A stretch of DNA of 64,000 nucleotides from Octopus vulgaris (GCA_951406725.2 OX597826.1:82894001-82958000), one strand, 5' to 3'. Counted from the stretch's first letter, positions 24,942 to 38,596 are shown. Made by a program: numbers and translations. The notes: a model not told the origin generated them from the sequence alone.

Positions 24942-25146
24942 GGGTGGCGCACTGACAGAATTGCTAGCACACCGGAAAAATGTTTAGCGCTATTTCGTCC
25001 GGTTTTACGTTCTGAGTTCAAATTCCACCGAGGTTGACTTTGCGTTTCATCCTTTCGGATCAATAAAATGAGTACAAGTTGAGCGATGGGGTCAATGTAA
25101 TTGACTTACGCCTTCCCCCGATATTGCTGGCCTCGTGCCAAAATTT
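24942..25146 (+). mobile_element. SINE family A
   Basis: GGTGGCGCACTGACAGAA...TACGTTCTGAGTTCAAATTCCACCGAGGTTGACTTTGC. Confidence 0.82.
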
Positions 25147-28100
25147 AAAACCGGTTTATGTAAATTTCTATGTGTACATTGGAAAACAGATACATATTAA
25201 TTACATAATAAATCAATCGATATCGATGAGAGCATGTACAAAAATAAATCCAACTTGTGGTTAAATGAAAATCAAACAAACCATAATTAGCTTTATCTCT
25301 CTGTCGAGACTGGACGGCAACAGAACACTGTATCATCTCTTTTCCATAAGATGTTCCCTCTCCTTGCTGCTACGAGATATAAATAACTGTCAATTTGTTA
25401 AAGAGTGACTCAAAGGAATTTCCTTCGTTACACACTCACTGATAATTTGATGAAATAATCTGATTGTGACGAAGTACTTTGTATAACAAAAATTCATCTT
25501 CCATTTATCATTTTTTTCTTTATGTACTTTGCATTCAAATTTCAGTCAATAACTACAACGGGAAATTTAGAAATATAATTCGATTTTCACAAATGGAAAT
25601 TTAGCAGTTCTAAGTTGTGCTCCAAATACAGCACAACAAAAAGATTTAAGTTATATTAAAATAAAAAGTTAGAAGACAACTTCTTAAAGGGACCTAAATA
25701 TTTGTAACTTTATAAAATTTCATCAAATATAAAATCCTAAAATGATTCCCTCTTGCACAAATTCTTCACTAAATGAATTTTCTCTTTGTTTTATATTTTG
25801 CACATATTTTTTGCTGTTGATGTATAAATTACTTACAATACTGTCAAGAAAAAAAATTATTTGTGGTGCCCCAGCGTGACTACAATCTAATGACTGAAGC
25901 CAATAAATGATATGTCTTAACTTTATCACTCCTTTAAGTTAAACAATTAATTTCTTCGTGTGTTATTTCTTTTCTTTTTCCATTTTATGTTACCAGTAAC
26001 TGTTGACAGAAAGAACCAGTGCACATACTGAGAGCTGATATTCTTCAGCGTTTGCGTGGAGTAGACAGGAACCTCAGATGGATATCTTCAATTAAGGAAT
26101 AAAGAGTATTAAGCTCACGACTACAAAATTTCGTAATTTCCATCAGCTAATTATTATAGGATACAAAAGTTTAGAGGATTTGTTCTACATGTCACACGTT
26201 GTTTATAATTTCCTTGGCTGGTTTCAGTTTGATACTTTGCTTAATTAGTTTCCGAATGTATTTTAGTACAAGTATCACCGGCAATATCTCTAAAGCAGGT
26301 AGGTAGGCAACGAAATAAGGCTATTGTCTTCTCCAAGGATTTAATAAAGGTTATGTTGGAAATTCCGAAAAAATTATGCTGAAGCTCAGGGCGTAGAACG
26401 GCAGAAATACTGAGACTTTAATAACCAAGATAAAACCATTTGCGAAAATAAATAATGAGTTTATCCAATACGATGCTGAATCTGCACATATTCTAATTCT
26501 AGCTCTTATTCACGAACATGTTGTATAACATCATTGATTCTAATTTATTTATCTTTTTTGCAATAGAAACAAAGTGTTGCATTTTAGTGAAATAAGTAAA
26601 CAAATTCTGTTTTAAAACAGAGTTACTTTTGTATTGTTTGATGCGTGGTAGTACATGTATTATACACATATTAACTTAATAAGATATTGCCACTGGTCGA
26701 GTTTCATTAAAATATCTGCAATAAATGTGAAATCATTTGGTTATTTATGTTTTGTTTTTCATCTCCTTCTAAATAAGCTTCCTCTGAACGCAAATATAAG
26801 TTGCTATAAATATACAAGTTTTATCGTTCATTAATTTAAAATATTAATTGAAATACAAAATTTGCAGATAAATGTTTTCGAATAAAAATACTGATTTTAC
26901 GCATGAATAATACTCTAAATATTACATGTAACCAAAAGAAAAGTTTGTTAAATTTTAAAATTTTCTAGCTTTTATACCGAAATAGCTAAGATGAACATTC
27001 TACTGCTACGTTTTTAGTAGTTCTTTCTTCCTTAATATAAATTTCAAAATAAACTCTTTTTCAAATTTAGAGACGTTATTATGAAATACACTCTCAGAAT
27101 ACTCTCCAAATTTACATGTAATTAATGTTTAAGTATTCCCTCCATACATTCGGTTTCCATCCTTTATACGATATTTCTTCCACTATAACTCCTCTGATGC
27201 CATTGATTTCTTGTCGTTTTTATCGAGAATTTCATTTTATTCATAGCACCAATTTTTGTCTTCAATATCTCTAACTTGTTCATATGTATGACAAGCCTCG
27301 TTTTCTTCCGTTGCAGTTGGAAAGTCCACACTGGTTAAAGCTTTTCAAAACAAATACATTTTCTAAATATTTCCTCTCAATAATATAGCAAATAGTTTTA
27401 CTAAATTGATTGTAAGTTATTTGAACTGAAATAAAAACTGTATTATTGAAAGGAAAAAAACGGAAAAAGGAAATTGTCCTTTGAATTTTAATGCCTTGTT
27501 TCAGGTCATTTCGGTTTCATGAACACAAACCACGCTCGTTGTGGCAACATCTCGCTGGGTCTTTCAATCTCTCATGCTACCTATTCACTAATGATGTAAG
27601 ACCAATGATGACAAAAGGAATAGTGTTAAAACAAACTGTACAGATTAGAGAAATCGAACTAGCCTCCTTGATTCATTCCATAAAATCTCGCAACTTTTTG
27701 TATTCTGTAACCCAAGCCTCGTATGAACAATGCAAAGTCTATAAAAAGTTGCTAACATCTTTGACAAATATGTCCGACTAATTTGCAGCTATCACATTTT
27801 TCTCTCCAAAACCATTCTTTTTTTCTTTATTTGATCAACAAAACAAGCAACTGATCCGATGTTTGTCGGGTGATTACTTAGACACATAATTTGCTTGTAA
27901 TATCTTTTGTAATGTTATTTTATGTTTTTAATTAATTTTGTCATTGCTTGTTATTTGTTTTGGTTACTTTTTTCATCTTGTTTGAGTGCTAAGGGTATGG
28001 TGAAGTGGTAGATATTAGAAATGTTGCGGCTAAAGTGGTAGGAAAAGTAAAGCAGTTTTGTCTGATGACGTTGTGAGTTCAAGTTCCACCGAGATAATTT

Positions 28101-28194
28101 TGTTATTAACAGAATCCATTACAGAGACATCGATTATGTATCCTGCATTATTGAAGTGAAGTAAGCTTTCCTGTCAGGCTTTAAGCGAAATAAC

Positions 28195-28388
28195 AAATGA
28201 GAACGCCGGACAAACTGCTGAGCAGCATTTCATCCGTCTTTACGTTCTGGGTTTAAATTCCGCCGAGGTCGACTTTGCCTTTTATTCTTTCGGGGTCGAT
28301 AAACTAAGTACCAGTTGAGCAGAGGGGTCGATGCAGTCGACTAGTCTTCTTCTCCAAAATTTCAGGTCTTGTAGCTGTAGAAGAAAGG
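28195..28388 (+). mobile_element. SINE family A
   Basis: TACGTTCTGGGTTTAAATTCCGCCGAGGTCGACTTTGCC...GGGGTCGATAAACTAAGTACCAG. Confidence 0.82.
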
Positions 28389-28406
28389 GATCGTCTGCTT
28401 AGCGTC

Positions 28407-28452
28407 TGTGACCGATGAGGGGACACCGACTCTAGAATATTAGCATCTCACA
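28407..28452 (+). ncRNA. degenerate HHR motif
   Basis: TGTGA-CCGATGA-GGGG...CTCT-AGAAT...-TC-TCACA. Stem I is perfect but the GAAA motif is altered. Confidence 0.45.
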
Positions 28453-29289
28453 CTCTTGGTAGGGGGAGCTGCGAGCTGATCTAAGTGTATACACACTATT
28501 TGTCAACAAGCGAGAGATATATTCTCAGGGACAAAAGGCGGTGAATAGCTTGTTCCCCAGTTCGAACGTGCATAAGGCATACTCAGACTGATAATAAAAT
28601 TGCAATTTGCTATTAGAATGCTGCAAGGTTTTGCTGAAGGAACTGTGACCGTCCTGACTGCAGAACAGATTGATTCGGGACAAAGTACCAAGAGAGACAA
28701 ATTACACGGAAATTTAAACAAACTGATTCTTTGCTGCATTCCAAATCTAATTTTTAAGTAACATAATTTCGTGAATGTTTTACCTGCACCATCATTTCAC
28801 TGGACTGAATCATTCAAATAATGGTCTGTTCTCATCACTAAGAGTAACTAAATTTTGCATCATCACTTTATTGTTATTATGTCAGCAAATATGTCTCCAT
28901 GTCCTCGCTATATAAGCTCGAAATAGCAGCCAATTCTCTCTCCAGTCACCTCTTCTATTTAAAATCAATATTTTTTATCTTTCCTGCATTATTAATATGT
29001 AAAATTAATTCTGTTGGGATTTCGAATTCTTAATATAAAAGGACTTTAATTAAATACAACAATATTTGTAGTCTAATACCCAATATTCGTTGCCTCTTTT
29101 GGTATCTCGCAGAATCAAGGCTCAAACCACAGATTTTAAGGAACAGACCATTGAATAAAGTAAATTCGTATCATTGAATGGTATCCGCTTTTCGTATTTG
29201 TATAGGGACACCAGAAACATCCTACGACCCACCACACTTAGATGCCAATATTTTTGCCAATATTTACTGAAGCAATTTAGAGCAGTAAT

Positions 29290-29822
29290 ATTGGTTTCAA
29301 AGTTTGGCACAAAGACAGCAGCTTTGGAAGAGGGGTAAGTCAATTGCATCAACCCCAGTACCCAACTGGTACTTCTTTTATCGACTCCGGAAGGATTAAA
29401 GGCAAAGTCGACTTCAGCGTTTTGCCGGGATAGCCGACGGTTCCGCTGCACGCAGCTTTATTCAGGTCTGTAATATTTCGTCCGTTCTGAGCTCAAATTC
29501 CGCCGAGGCCTATTGTACCTTTCGTCCTCAAGGGTTGATAAGTACCAGTTATACAGTGGGGTCATTGTATTTGATTTGACTTATGCCATAATTTGAAACC
29601 AATGTTAGTCGTTCTAAGTGAGGGTGGTGACCTGGCAAAATCGTTGGAGCGCCGGGCCAAGTGTTTAGCGGCATTTATCCGTTTTTACGTTCTGATTTCA
29701 AATTCCGTCAAGGTCGACTTCCCCTTTCGTCCTTTCAGGATCGATAAAATAATGCCAGTCGAGCATTTACTCACTCCTTGCCTCGAAATTTCTCACCTTG
29801 TACCACCATTTGAAACCAATAT
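29290..29822. mobile_element. cluster of three SINE family A copies (one minus, two plus)
   Basis: Minus copy at 29290-29420; plus copies at ~29470-29570 and ~29620-29822. Confidence 0.8.
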
Positions 29823-30052
29823 TAGGAACTAATTATTTTTATTGTTAATTCCAAGTCAGCACTGACGGAACGCAACATGAATATAAGAATTCCAAGCATG
29901 ACCATCATGTCATTTCCTGCATGGTTTTCTTTCACTACATTACTCTACATGTTTTACCTTAAAACAGATAGAAATTGTGAATTATGAGAGAGTTGGTTGC
30001 TATATCTAGCAAGTCGGGTTACAACGTGCATTTTTCCCTAATTGATTCCCCT

Positions 30053-30083
30053 GTAGTAGTAGTAGTAGTAGAAGAAGAAGAAG

Positions 30084-30167
<84 letters not shown>

Positions 30168-30171
30168 AATT

Positions 30172-30214
<43 letters not shown>

Positions 30215-30224
30215 CAGTAGAATT

Positions 30225-30257
<33 letters not shown>
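30053..30257. repeat. (GTA)n/(GAA)n microsatellite, resumes at 31565-31598
   Basis: Direct reading. Confidence 0.95.
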
Positions 30258-30258
<1 letters not shown>

Positions 30259-30778
30259 GGTGCTACGTCTTCCGACGTCTTTTTCTCCGATGATTTTTTG
30301 TCCAACGACTTTTTGACCAATTTTAAATAAACTCGTTAGAAAACAGGGTGAAATATCTCTAATGATATATTCACAGAACTACAAGAAGCCTCGTCATAGG
30401 ATTATTATTATCGATCTTTTTCCTTCTCTATTAACAGCTTTACTTTCTCTTTTTCCTTCTCTTTCTAATGTTTGGTGCTGTGCATAGAGAGTGCTGCAAA
30501 TATAGTGTGCACATTTTTAATTTACCCATCCCGAAATGACAAAGGTCATAGTATTTACCAAAAACAAAAGAAAAGTAATTGATTAAAGTAATTACATCTA
30601 CGATTTTCGTTCAAGCAATAAAAAAACTAGAGAAAGAATACTGGAGTGAGAAAAGAAGGCTGTGTTCAGTGCGGACTTCACACGGAAGCGGAAAACACTA
30701 GGACGAAAGTTATTTAGGCTGAATTACACCGCTTACGTAGACTTGACTGTGTTTGCGTGTGTCTATATATATATATAC

Positions 30779-30843
<65 letters not shown>

Positions 30844-31564
30844 TTAATATTGATTTTATATAGAATAGAAACAAATATCGGACGAACAAATAGCATTAAC
30901 ATTAAAAAAACGGAGATAAATTATTACTGTCACCAAATAAATTATTGCTGTCACCGTTGTGAGAGGACGTAGTGCTCGCCGAAAGAGAGCGCCACCTACA
31001 TTCCTGATAGCTGTATTGAATGTTAATTAGTGTATTTTTCATGATCTTCCCAGAACAAAAAAATGCCGCCGAAGGGTTTCATTCTGCGATAAAACGTTCG
31101 GCGGGTGGAGCACATTCGAATATTTGGAAATTAATCAAAACTCTGGAGGAAGAGGAAGAGTTTCGTTCGCGCTAAAATGACTGAAATTCTTCGAAGAGAT
31201 CCGTTGAATTCGTGTACACGATATCGAAGAATAGCTGAACGTCTCAAAATAGCTGAACGCCTCAAAAGATTGGCCATTCAGTATGGGTTAACAAGGAAAA
31301 ATGATTTTTTGAAGAGTGTGGCATATAATTTGCATCAGTTTAAAGTGATCATAATAAATCATTAATTATATCTTATTTCTTTTTTAAAACAACTTTTTTA
31401 AATACATTTTCTCACAGTATTTTACTTGAATCCTATCAATAAAATACTCAATGATTTTTGACTCTGATCTTCACCTTGTTTTCTAAAGAGTTGATTTAAA
31501 ATTGGACAAAAACACCTCGAAGTGACGTTGGACAAAGTGACATCGGACGAAAAGTCGGGTCATG

Positions 31565-31565
<1 letters not shown>
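30258..31565 (+). mobile_element. internally deleted Mutator-like (MULE) DNA transposon
   Basis: Imperfect ~90-bp TIRs (…TTGTCCAACG…CCAATTTTAAATAAACTCGTTAGAAAACAGGGTGAA versus TTCACCTTGTTTTCTAAAGAGTTGATTTAAAATTGG…CGTTGGACAA). Internal remnant LPRT[N]NAAEGFHSAIKRSAGGAHSNIWKLIKTLEEEE (~31045-31160) matches the MULE C-terminal RTNNxxEGxH...HPNIW motif. Confidence 0.82.
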
Positions 31566-31600
<35 letters not shown>

Positions 31601-32776
31601 TCAGCAGCTGCAGCAGGGACAGTGGCAAAAATAGCAACCAGAGCAGTGGTAAGAAGCGCTGGACACTAATACCTACACCAGGCTCCAAGTTATCATATAT
31701 CCTTATATTCAATTGATTAACTGCGAAAATTCATTGATTGAGTGGCGACTAAACTTCAAATACGAATGGAATGGGCAAGCTAGTCAGTTTAGTAGACAGT
31801 ACTAATGTATTAATCAGGTTGTTACCATATCAAGCTGTCAATAGTTAACACCTGACATCGTATGCCGTACAGAAAAGACGAGACAGAATTGCCGTTGTTG
31901 AATTTGATTCCGGCGGGCTATTTACTCTCTGCTTCTTCTGTTCTTTTATTGATTTGTTGAACATGTTTACGTGAGAGAACACTATGTCTGTCCATACAAT
32001 TGACAAACAATTATGAGAAAATAAACATCGTCTGAACTAAATTGGTAAAGAGCATGCAAACACAAATTGCGAAACCTTTGGCAATGATTTTGTAAAATTC
32101 ATTTATTAAATTTAGCAACTGATTCGGACGAAAATAAAATAAGACCAGGAATACAAAGCATAATAAGAAACAAAGGAAAATCTACAAGAAAATATAGTAA
32201 ATGAAATATTTAATGATTTTGTGACAGTTGATGGATTGATTGTGGCTAAGACTTGTTAAAGATATAAATAATATAATTACATATACATGTGCATCTGTGC
32301 GCCCGCGCACACGCACGCACACACACACATACACACACGCACTCATATAGGTCAACTGATAAATTACTATTTAAATCTAAAACTAGGTTTAAAACACTCG
32401 TACTCTTCCGCTAAATTTTATACCAGACAATTATTTTATATTGCGTCCGCATTAATGAGTGAAACTGCTATTATTGTCTCAGCTCCTAACTCGATTATCG
32501 CTGATTTACTTGTCTACCCTTGTTGTCTATTTTTGTTGTCTATCAACCATATTAGAATTGGCTTTAAGTCTAACGAAATTTCATGTAGTTGAATAAATTG
32601 TTTTTACCTTATTATTCACGATTCTAAGGTAAATGATTATCTGTCCGCGAAGTGAAGGCTAAACAATCCGAATTATAGAAATTATTGTCTACAATATTCT
32701 TGTCAAAACTTATAGATAGAAAAAGAGATTATATATGTGTCTGTGTGTATTTGTGTGTGTGTGCGTGATGGGGGTT

Positions 32777-32822
<46 letters not shown>

Positions 32823-32884
32823 GGTTTGGAGAGGATGTACAGGTATTATATATTATAAGAAACAAAGTACTCAGAAATCTAGAT

Positions 32885-33065
32885 GGATTTATATTTATAG
32901 ATATTTATTAATGTCACATGTTTTTATAAATCATATATCAGCTCTTGCGTCCACTCTAGTGGACTCTTCAGATTCAATCTGAAGACTCCACTACAATGGA
33001 CGCAAGCGCTAATATATGATTTATAAAAACATGTGACATATTAATAAATATCTGTATATATATCC
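32885..33065. repeat. near-perfect ~90-bp-arm palindrome of an HHR-like unit (centre 32975)
   Basis: ATGTCACATGTTTTTATAAATCATATAT...CTTCAGATT-C-AATCTGAAG...ATATATGATTTATAAAAACATGTGACAT. Each arm carries CTGAAGA, a TCCA/TGGA stem II and GCAA. Confidence 0.9.
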
Positions 33066-33119
33066 TTTTGGGATTTCGTTTGCACGACTCTATATGTGAG
33101 TTCGTGTGTGGAAGCATAT

Positions 33120-33378
33120 TTTGTTGAGTATGGGGACAGCCATTCTCTTTTTGTGCCTTACTATTTCACGCACTCACCGGTTCACTTTCCACACTTTTTA
33201 ATTTTTTCTAAAATGTTCGTTGCTTCTTGCAACCTTTTCAGTTGTCATTGATAATTGAAAAGGTCGTCAGACCCAACGAATATTTTAGTAAAAATAAAGA
33301 AATGAGTGGAAACTGAACCACTGTGTCAAATACTAAGCCACAAAAGAGAATGACTCTCCCCAGACACAATGCAATATT
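33120..33378. repeat. imperfect ~125-bp-arm inverted repeat (centre ~33250)
   Basis: GGGGACAGCCATTCTCTTTTTGTG...TTTCCAC...CCTTTTCAGTTGTCA pairs with TGATAATTGAAAAGG...GTGGAAA...CACAAAAGAGAATGACTCTCCCC. Confidence 0.8.
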
Positions 33379-33449
33379 TGTATACACACACACATATACA
33401 TACATACACATATACACATATATGTGTGTGCGTGTATGCGTGTGTGTAG

Positions 33450-34670
33450 GAGAAAATGAACACAATAAGCGGAACTCAACAAAACACAACGTGCGCCACC
33501 AAAGGTGATAGCATAGCAAACAGCAAACAGGATAAAAACAGGTTACACTGATCATTCGCAGACGATTTCCTCCGCAGCCGGAGTCCGGAAAGTTCTTGTT
33601 GTTTCTCACTCCGTTATCTCCAAGACTATACGAAACCGCTGAGCGCCAGGGACTTAAGATAAAGGCATTAAGCCTCTGGGAAAATCAAAAAGAAGCAAAA
33701 GAGGTATTAAGATTTATTTCCATTAGTCCGTAAATTATAAGGCTGAAAAGATGGTGGTTTAAAGCCTATCGTATAGTTATTCGGTGAGGGGGGGCACTTT
33801 CCATTCCGTCAACAGGAATTTAGGCACACGCTTACAACCGCTGAACATTTCGGATCCAGGATTCAGCAGTGAGTTACAGTTCTGAAAACCATCTGAGTTC
33901 ATTCACCAACCGATAGCTTACATTTTTTGATCTAATATATGGTGTGGATTTTTCGGCTATCTTCCACTTTATTGTATATGGTGAGTGTTCGATTTTAAAC
34001 CCGATAGGTGCCAACTTAGTAGCTTTTCTTTTGTCCCTGTGTCGGAAGGAAAATAAGTGATTAACACAGTGATATTTTAAATCCTCTTTCATATAGTCCG
34101 ATACAGCTTTTCTTATCGGTTTTGTTATTATCTAGCGTTGCTGTAACCTCTGCCTTATATATGACGGATTTAATCATGCATCGCTAGTCGAGTGAACGGG
34201 TTCCTGGTCTCTACATTTACAACTTTTGGTGGTGGTGGTGGTGGTCTCGTGTAATGATACTCTTCATTTTGTGGCAGCAGCTGTATGATAATTTCACTGA
34301 GGGCCTATTTAATATTTTCATGTACCTGTGATTTTCTAGAAAATGTTTGTCTAGGAGAGACAGGAACTTTTTACCTATGTTAGTTTTTACATTAAGGGAA
34401 AAAGGAGGGGCGAACCAAATCATTTTCCCAAGTCTATTTTTAGGTCTATTATTATTATTCCGATTAATATTTAAGGGTTTATATATCAATTTATCCTTAA
34501 AGTCAGGGTATTGCTGTAGTAATGGGCTGTTTTCCTGAAAATTTCTTTAGAGGAAAAGGGGTGAGAAACTCTGTTACTAATGCTAGCTACCAGGTTTTTG
34601 AATCCTGCAGGAGGGTGATAAGACGGTTTAGGTAGAGAGAAAAGTTTTGCGTTAGGCTTATGTAAGGGAG
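33450..34670 (-). mobile_element. Naiad-type PLE, 5'-truncated (RT thumb, Zn-finger linker, GIY-YIG, 3' UTR)
   Basis: SYHPPAGFKNL; IWFAPPFSLNVKTNIGKKFLSLLDKHF...ILNRPSVKLSYSC; CKCRDQEP(C)SLD*RC; VIYKAEV...SCIG; NHLFSFRH; IKWKIAEK; LLNPGSEMFSGCK. Confidence 0.9.
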
Positions 34671-34746
34671 AACGGGAAAACGAGGAGACGAAAAATATGT
34701 AGGGATTAACGGTTCAACATGAGATGAATATATATATATATATACC

Positions 34747-34806
<60 letters not shown>

Positions 34807-36831
34807 CTCGCTTCTGCACGTCACATTATCAGTCTACCCAAATTTACCTCGTAATATTCTGTAGCCTCCTAGAACCTACAATAGGCGACACTTCCACAAG
34901 TTGCTGTGCAGCAGAACTGAGACGAAGACCAAGCTTCTCAACTTCGCAGCGACTCCAGCGCCTCCTATCGTGTCTAGAAAGAAATTCTATGTAGAACTGT
35001 ATCCAAACAAGAACAAACGCATATTTTCATGAACTGACAAAGTTAGCATGTATCTTACTACTTTTGTACTGGAACAGAATTTATGTTCGAAGATAAATTT
35101 ACGCAGTGTAAGACTCAAATAATAACGATCACGGAAGAATAAAACAAAACGAAAGGTCAATTTGTATTCTTGCGCTAAAACCTGGCAGCTGTGATTAATA
35201 ATTGTAACTTAAGAGATAGACAATTGTATACAGAGTATAGTGTGGATGTCATAGTTTTCTAATGCAGGACAATGTCGAAACGCAACCGAACCACCTTCCT
35301 CCCGGAAACAATCCTATACCATTTGTTCGTATGGAGCATTTCATAAAGCCATATTGACTTGTGTATGTCTGAACTACGTAATGCATAATAAAATGCCTGC
35401 AAAGAGAGAAGTGTGACTGACAAGAGATATAGAAATAGTGTGAGAGAAACATCAAGCGAAATAGAAAAATACAACATGAAATATTAGAAGAAACCGATAT
35501 TTGCAACTCTTCAAACAAACTGAACATTTTCCCGTAATTTTAATTATCAGGTGTTTACTTCACATTACGGATCAGATATATTATCGAAAATTCCTGATAT
35601 TACGTGTAGTTTCGGTATATTCTTAGTTTATTAAATACATTTTAAAGAGAGTTTCTTATACATTTAAACCCGTTTTCTTTTCTCTTCTAATGAATCTGTC
35701 ATAAGACGAAAGAGTAACATCATTGACAATTTTCTTGGAAGCTGAGATTGTTGTTAAGAAAGGTGTGAGTCATCTTTAGATCGGAGACCAATAAAGATGC
35801 TTACTATGCAGCGGACACTGCAAAATGTACTCCAGGGTGTGGTGGTACAATTAAGGTAACCGATGGACAGGAACGATCCTTAATTACGAAACAATGAAAT
35901 GAACCACTATACAAGAATTCTCTAACGATAGGAAAACTAGTCGATGATGTCTTTGTAAAATATCATCATCTCTTGGTAGCATGTGTTGTAGACAATGAGC
36001 TTCACCATGTCATCAATTATATGGGATCAATAAAAAGCTTTCAGAAGTGTCTGAGTTCCTCAGCATCATTAAAGGTGACAGTGAAATAAACTTCAGGTAG
36101 AATGTAACTAGGAATAACAATATGGATTGCTTCACAAAACAAAAGTGCGTTACGTAGTTTTCAAGCAATTTACGCTGTTGTTTCTATTTAAGTTCCTTTC
36201 GAATAATTGTCTTTTACTGAACACCTACAACAATTTTCATTGCCTTCAAGACTGGTGGATGTAAGGAATGAAATGATCTCCAAACCGAAGTCATGGATCG
36301 TAAATTTGAAAATTAGTTGACTTTCAACAATAAAATACAAGGTGATGATACCAGACGAGATTATTTCTCCCACTGAAGAACAGAAAATATTCATATAATA
36401 ACCTTCAATGTATTAACTTCACCCAAATTTCACAAACAAGATATTGATAACTCAGAGGCTATTCTAGGAGGCGCCCAATGTACCACATAAAGCAACAGAA
36501 TTTGAAAGCCCTTTATTAAAAAGTAAATTTCTAAACCTTTCAGCTTTACCCGAACCTGTTAGTCAGTGGTAAGGCATTTCGCTCCCCTCACACGAGAGAA
36601 CCAGGACATACAGTGCTTCTCTTCACAAGCTAAATATTTATGCGTATGCTATAAGGGAATAATAATGGTTAATCGATTTATTGCAATATTTACTACTAGT
36701 ACACGTGAAGCTACATTAGTTATCGACGTATGTTTTATTAACAACTAAGCTGAGGTTATTGCTAGAAACTGAAACCTCACTAAACTAAATTCCATACAGT
36801 ACTTGGTTTAGTTTTTCTAATATTAGAATTA

Positions 36832-36889
<58 letters not shown>

Positions 36890-38269
36890 TCGAAATAATT
36901 TAAATCAGTTATAATCTCCTCTGCAAACGGTTGGCATCGAGTTTATATTATTGTTGTAGCTGTTCGTAATTCTGACCAAACAAATCCCTGATCAAAAGAT
37001 CTCCACCGATATGCATTCCATCCTGTATATATTCACGACCACAGTCTTCTACGTGTGGTCTGTTTTTTAAGATCGTTATTTGAAGGAGATTTGTTTACTC
37101 TCCGGTCGGATGTTACTGTGATTGTTGTTGTTGCTGTTGTTGTATAGCTTCAGAATCACTCTGAACAGAACCGACCAATGAAGACATTCTAACAATAAAG
37201 AATGAAGACATTCTAACAATTCTGTGGACGTTTAGCATTGCGTTATCTAGTAAACCATCACGCTGGTAGATTGGCAATATTGTTAGGGTGTCTGACAAGA
37301 TAATTCGTGTTATTAGTTTTCAATCATTAGTTTCTGAGCTCAAATTTCACCCAAGTTAACTTTGTCTCGATTTAATAAAATAAAGTATCACTTGGGTTCT
37401 AAGACCGATGTACTCGACTTCCGCTTTCCTAAAGTTTGGAGCCTTGTGTTGGTGCTAAAAACTGCTTTCTAAATTGTCCTTTCAAACTAAAACTTAGAAG
37501 AAAATCTGATGAATATTTCTACCTGTTAGGGTAAACTAATTCGCCATGCGAGGAAATCAGTTTGAGAGAATTAGTTGATACGTTGGGTGAAAATGGAAAA
37601 CAAAACGAAGAAAATGGAAAATCAAAAACGTTGCATCGGATTAAAAACAAATAACTTAAAGAAGGGACAAAGAAACCAATAAACAGTCAGACAGGGCCTC
37701 GAAGCGACTGCGGCTACAAATATTTATAACACTTCGCAACATCAGCAACATTACAAACAGCTTTACAAATGAGGATACAACCTCATTCACACACACAGAA
37801 AGAACAGCAAAACCAACCCCCTCAAAACACCCCAAATGCTTATAAAAATTATAAAAAGAACGTAAAGAAATCTTATTTCAAATTGAAAACCAAATTTCCT
37901 AGAGATTTACGTGGGATTGTACAGAAAAGACTATGAAGAAATACATATAGGAACACCCACAAACAGCCGGAAGGAGAGAATATCTGTTCTTCAGCAGTAA
38001 AAAAGGCGATTCTCCTCACTTTTCTTGTTCTTGTCGAATATGGCCATGCTCCGGAAGGAGCAACCTGATCGATTATCTCAGGACACTAGATATAGATATA
38101 TTGGTTATCATCGAGACCAGAATTTCCGAGGCACGACTATCATTCTTCTTATTGGCCACCTAAAGATTTACGTGGGATTGTACAGGAAACGTTAAAGACA
38201 TATTCTTTTTAAGTTTCCATTCTCAGAGCGTCAAATGTCCTATTTTTGTAAATTTTGAACTGTATATAT

Positions 38270-38482
38270 GTGCGTATTTGTATCTGTGTTTGTCCCTGCA
38301 GCCACCGGTGTTGGTGTGTTTACGTCCCTCTAACTTAATGGTTCGGCAAAGTGACAGAAATAATAAGAATTAGGCTTTACAAAATAAGTCCCGGAGTCGA
38401 TTTCTTCGACGACAATCCTTCAAGTCGGTGCTCCAGCTTGGCCGCAGTCAAATGACTGAGACAAGAAAAAGAATAAAAGAAT
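38270..38482 (+). mobile_element. SINE family B, 3' half
   Basis: GTTGGTGTGTTTACGTCCC...GGTTCGGCAAA...GGTGCTCCAGCTTGGCCGCAGTCAAATGACTGA followed by an (AAAAGAAT) tail. Confidence 0.82.
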
Positions 38483-38596
38483 ATAAATATATCAACTCAT
38501 TTTATATTTATATGTGTATGTCTATAGGTATGTATGCATTTATGTGCGTGTAGGATATGATTGCACGCGTGTGTGTGTATATATAGATATATATAT

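Noticed and set aside
25965-26110. Polypyrimidine tract plus CAG acceptor suggesting a plus-strand exon
   Set aside because: All three frames contain stops and there is no convincing donor.
38041-38066. Resemblance to SRP RNA helix 8 (CCGGAAGGAGCA)
   Set aside because: The 5' side lacks the conserved CAGG internal-loop strand and no other SRP helices are evident.
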